Source of the DNA: Chiloscyllium plagiosum
Lineage: Eukaryota
Direction: 5' to 3'
DNA length: 51,708 nucleotides
Assembly (NCBI RefSeq): GCF_004010195.1
Contig: NC_057754.1
Span: forward strand, 10,410,831-10,462,538
The notes beneath the pieces are model-generated. The model searched no databases. It was not told the DNA's origin and worked only from the letters and a program-made list of their open reading frames with translations. Shown here in pieces: positions 47,540 to 51,708 of this stretch. The position numbers and the translations under genes were made by a program. The first letter of the stretch is position 1. Each line of letters starts with the position of its first letter.

Positions 47540-49240
47540 TGTCAAAGAGTATAAAGGCAGTAGAAGTATATAGAGGGAAATTGGGAGGGCAAAAAGGGGA
47601 CATAGGATAGCTTTGGCAAATAGGGTAAAGGAGAACCCAAAGGTTTTTTACAAATACATTAGGGACAAAAGAGTAACTAGGGAGAGAATAGGGCCCCTCA
47701 AAGATCAGCAAGGCAGCCCACGTGTGGAACTGCAGGAGATGGGGTTGAAACTAAACGAGTATTTTGCATCGGTATTTACTGTGGAGAAGACCCAGAATGT
47801 GGGGAAATACATGGTGACATCTAGAAAAATGCCCATGTTACAGAGGGGGGGGGGGGGGGTGCTGGATGACCTGAAATGCGAAAGATTGATAAATTCCCCA
47901 GGACCTGATCAGGTTTACCCTAGAAATCTGTGGGAAACTAGGGAGGTGATTGCTGGGCCCCTTGCTTAGATATTTGGATCATCGATAGTTCCTGGTGAGG
48001 TGCCGGAAGACTGGAGGTTGGCTAATGTGGTGCCACTGTTTAAGAAAGGTGGTAAGGAAAAGCCAGAGAATGATAAACCAGTAAACCTGAAATCGGTGAT
48101 GGGCAAGTTGTTGGAGGGAATCCTGAGGGACAGGATTTACATGTAGGAAAGGCAAGGATTGATTAGGGATAGTCAGTATGGCTTTGTATGTGGGCAATCA
48201 TGTTTCATTAACTTGATTGAGGTTTTTCAAGAAGTAACAAAGAGGGCAGAGTGGTGGACGTGATATATATGGACTTCAGTAAGACGTTTGACCAGGTTCC
48301 CCATGGGAGACTGGTTAGCAAGGTTAGATCTCATGGAATACTGGGAGAACTAGCCATTTGGATACAGAATTGGCTCAAAGGTGGAAGTCAGAGGGTGGTG
48401 GTGGAGGGTTGCTTTTCAGACTGGAGGCCTGTGACCAGTGGAGTGCTACAAGGATCAGTGCTGGGTCCTCTACTTTTCACATTTATATAAATGATTTGGA
48501 TGCAAGCATAAGAGGTATAGTTAGTAAGTTTGCAGATGACACCAAAATTGGAGGTGTAGTGGACAGTGAAGAGGGTTACCTCAGATTACAACAGGATCTT
48601 GACCAGATGGCTGAGAAGTGGCAGATGGAGTTTAATTTAGATAAATGTGAGGTGCTGCATTTTGAAAAAGCAAATCTTAGCAGGANNNNNNNNNNNNNNN
48701 NNNNNNNNNNNNNNNNNNNNNNNNNNNNNNNNNNNNNNNNNNNNNNNNNNNNNNNNNNNNNNNNNNNNNNNNNNNNNNNNNNNNNNNNNNNNNNNNNNNN
48801 NNNNNNNNNNNNNNNNNNNNNNNNNNNNNNNNNNNNNNNNNNNNNNNNNNNNNNNNNNNNNNNNNNNNNNNNNNNNNNNNNNNNNNNNNNNNNNNNNNNN
48901 NNNNNNNNNNNNNNNNNNNNNNNNNNNNNNNNNNNNNNNNNNNNNNNNNNNNNNNNNNNNNNNNNNNNNNNNNNNNNNNNNNNNNNNNNNNNNNNNNNNN
49001 NNNNNNNNNNNNNNNNNNNNNNNNNNNNNNNNNNNNNNNNNNNNNNNNNNNNNNNNNNNNNNNNNNNNNNNGGTTGGTACAATTACAGCATTTAAAAGGC
49101 ATCTGGATAGGTAGGTGAATAGGAAGGGTTTAGAGGGATATGGGCCGGGTGCTGGCAAATGGGACTAGATTAGGTTAGGATATCTGGTCAACATGGACAA
49201 GTTGGACCGAAGCTTCCGTGTCTGTGCTGTACACCTTTAT
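47540..49240 (+). mobile_element. CR1 LINE spanning the assembly gap
   Basis: KENPKVFYKYI, YMDFSKTFD, SKFADDTK; 3'UTR. Confidence 0.9.
48686..49071. other. Assembly gap (N run)
   Basis: Run of n. Confidence 0.99.
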
Positions 49241-51708
49241 GACTATATGTACGAGAAAACAGCAGTTTACTGTCGAAGGAAATCAGGAGGACAAAAAGGG
49301 GGCATGAGTTAATCTTGGCTAAGAGGATTAGGGTGAATCCAAAAGGATTCTTTAAGGATATGAAAAGAAAAAAAAAACTTGAAAGAGAATAGGATTCCTC
49401 AAGGACCAAGGTAGACATGTGTGTGTACTACCGCAGGAGATGGGCAAGGTCCACAATGAATATTTCTCATCTGTGTTTACTGTGGAGAAAGACACAAAGA
49501 CTAGGGTAGAGTGCGTGCGGAGGGGTAGGTCTGTGTGTGATGATCTTTGGAGATTCAGTGTGGACTCAATGGGCTGAAAGGCCTATTTCCACACTATAGA
49601 GGTTGTATAATTCTCTGTGAAATCGAAATGTGGCCTAATGGAAGTCTTATAAGCAGCAACTCGACTTGTCAATTTTTATACCATGCCCTAACCAATCAAG
49701 GCAAGCGTGCCTTCTTTAGTACCTTAACCAACTGTTTTCAGGGAGCTATGGACTTGGAGCCCAAGATCCCCCTTTGTCTCAATGCTTCTAATGACCCTAC
49801 CATTTACTATGTACTTCCCTCTTGCATTTGGCCTCCCAAACTGCATTACCTCACACTTGTCTGGATTAAACTCCATGTGCCATTTCTCCAGCCAACCTTC
49901 CATCTGATCACTATCCCGCTGTACCCTTCCACAATCTTCCTCACTATCCTCAACTCCACCATTTTGGTGGCATTGGCAAAGTTATTAATCAGACCACCTA
50001 GATTTTCATTCAAATCATTTATAAACATTACAAACCTTATGGGATACCATTGGTCACAGACCTCCAGTCAGAAAAAAAACACCCTCCACAACTATCCTCT
50101 GTCTTCTACAATCCAATCCAATTTTATATCCAACTTAGCAACTCTCTGTGAATCGATCCCATATGACTTCATCTTCTAGATCAGCCTATCATGAGGGAGC
50201 TTGTCAAATGCTTCAGTAGAGTGCATGTAGACAACATCCATTGCCCTGCCTTCATCAATCATCTTTATCACTTCCTCAAAAAAACTCAATCAGGTTTGTG
50301 AGATATGACCTCCACTTCAGGAAGTCATGATGCATATTGTCCGCATGGACTTTAGCAAGGCCTTTGATAAGGTCCCTCATGGCAGGCTGATATAGAACTT
50401 GAAGTCACACAGGACACACAGATGGATACAGAACTGGCTTTGTTATAGAAAGCATACATTCGTGATGCAAGTGTTACTGTGACTGGAGATCTGTGACCTG
50501 TGCTTTTCTGTCTTGCTCAGTGCTGAGACACTTGTTGTTTACATATATATTGTAAAAGTGATTTGAAACAGAATGTAGGTGGTCTGATTAAAAAGTTTGC
50601 GAATGGCACAAAGACTGGGGGGGAGCAGCGAATAGTGAGGAGGAATGCCAGAGAATACAGCAGGGTATAGATTGACTGGAGAAATGGCATATAGAATTTA
50701 ATCCAGACCAATGTGAAGTAATGCATTTTGGAAGATGTAATGCAGGAGGGAACATAGAACATAGAACAGTACAGTACAGTAGGCCCTTCAGCCCTCTATG
50801 TTGTGCTGACCTTTTATCCTACTCTAAGATCAAACTAAACTACAATAGCCTTCATTTTACTATCATCAATGTGCCTATCCAAGAGTCGCTTCAATGTCCC
50901 TAATGTATCTGACTCTACTACCACCGTTGGCAGTGCATTCCACACACCCACCACATATTGTGGAAACAACTGACCTCTGACAGCTCCCCTAAACCTTCCT
51001 CCAATCACCTTAAAATTATGTCCCCTTCTGACAGCCATTTCTGCCCAAGGGAAAAAGTCTCTGACTATTTGCTCGATCTGTGCCTCACACCATCTTGTAC
51101 AGCTGTATCAAGTCACCTCTCATTCTTCTTCACTCCAATGAGAAAAGCCCTAGCTCCATCAACCTTTCTTCATAAGACATGCCCTCCTATCCAGGTAGCA
51201 TCCTGGTAAATAGAACATAGAACATAGAAGAATACAGCGCAGTACAGGCCCTTTGGCCCTCGATGTTGCGCCGATCCAAGCCCACCTAACCTATACTAAC
51301 CCACTATCCTCCATATACCTATCCAATGCCCGCTTAAATGCCCATAAAGAGGGAGAGTACACCACTGCTACTGGCAGGGCATTCCATGAACTAACGACTC
51401 GCTGAGTGAAGAACCTACCCCTAACTTCAGTCCTATATCAACCCCCCTTAATATAAAGCTATGCCCCCTTGTAATACCCGACTCCATACGCGGGAAAAGG
51501 TTCACACTGTCAACCCTATCTAACCCCCTAATCATCTTGTACACCTCAATCAAGTCACCCCTAAACCTTCTTTTCTCTAATGAAAACAGCCCCAAGTGTC
51601 TCAGTCTATCCTCATACGATCTTCCTTCCATACCAGGCAACATCCTGGTAAACCTCCTCTGCACCCGTTCCAGTGCCTCCACATCCTTCCTATAGTATGG
51701 CGACAAAA
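49241..51708. mobile_element. Nest of CR1 fragments in both orientations; youngest at 51210-51708 (minus) with (TTCTATG)n tail
   Basis: CR1 RT motifs on both strands; ALERVQRRFTRMLPG in ORF 51368..51706. Confidence 0.85.

Noticed and set aside
48576..49158. Long ORFs across 48.6-49.1 kb
   Set aside because: Artefacts of the N gap

Overview
Repeat-saturated vertebrate genomic DNA, almost certainly from a shark. HE1/V-SINEs and shark-type CR1 and Penelope repeats support this; an orectolobiform such as a bamboo shark is my inference only. The window is part of a KRAB-less C2H2 zinc-finger (ZNF) gene cluster undergoing birth and death. It holds one apparently intact + strand gene (15 fingers, CDS about 23650-25107, CpG promoter near 11.8-12.2 kb), four decayed paralogs and a second, related CpG promoter. 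A cluster of five decayed tRNA genes lies at 2-10 kb. Mobile DNA includes a two-LTR Gmr1-like Gypsy element (integrase before RT, SCAN-related capsid) in the ZNF intron and a second Gmr1-like gag. There is also a decayed epsilon-like endogenous retrovirus (RNaseH-IN-env) whose env is split by a solo LTR, plus many CR1, Rex1, Tx1 and L1 fragments. Three Penelope-type repeat families each carry a minimal hammerhead ribozyme, several as palindromic inserts with ribozyme motifs on both strands. Everything was read by eye; repeat boundaries are approximate unless TSDs are quoted.
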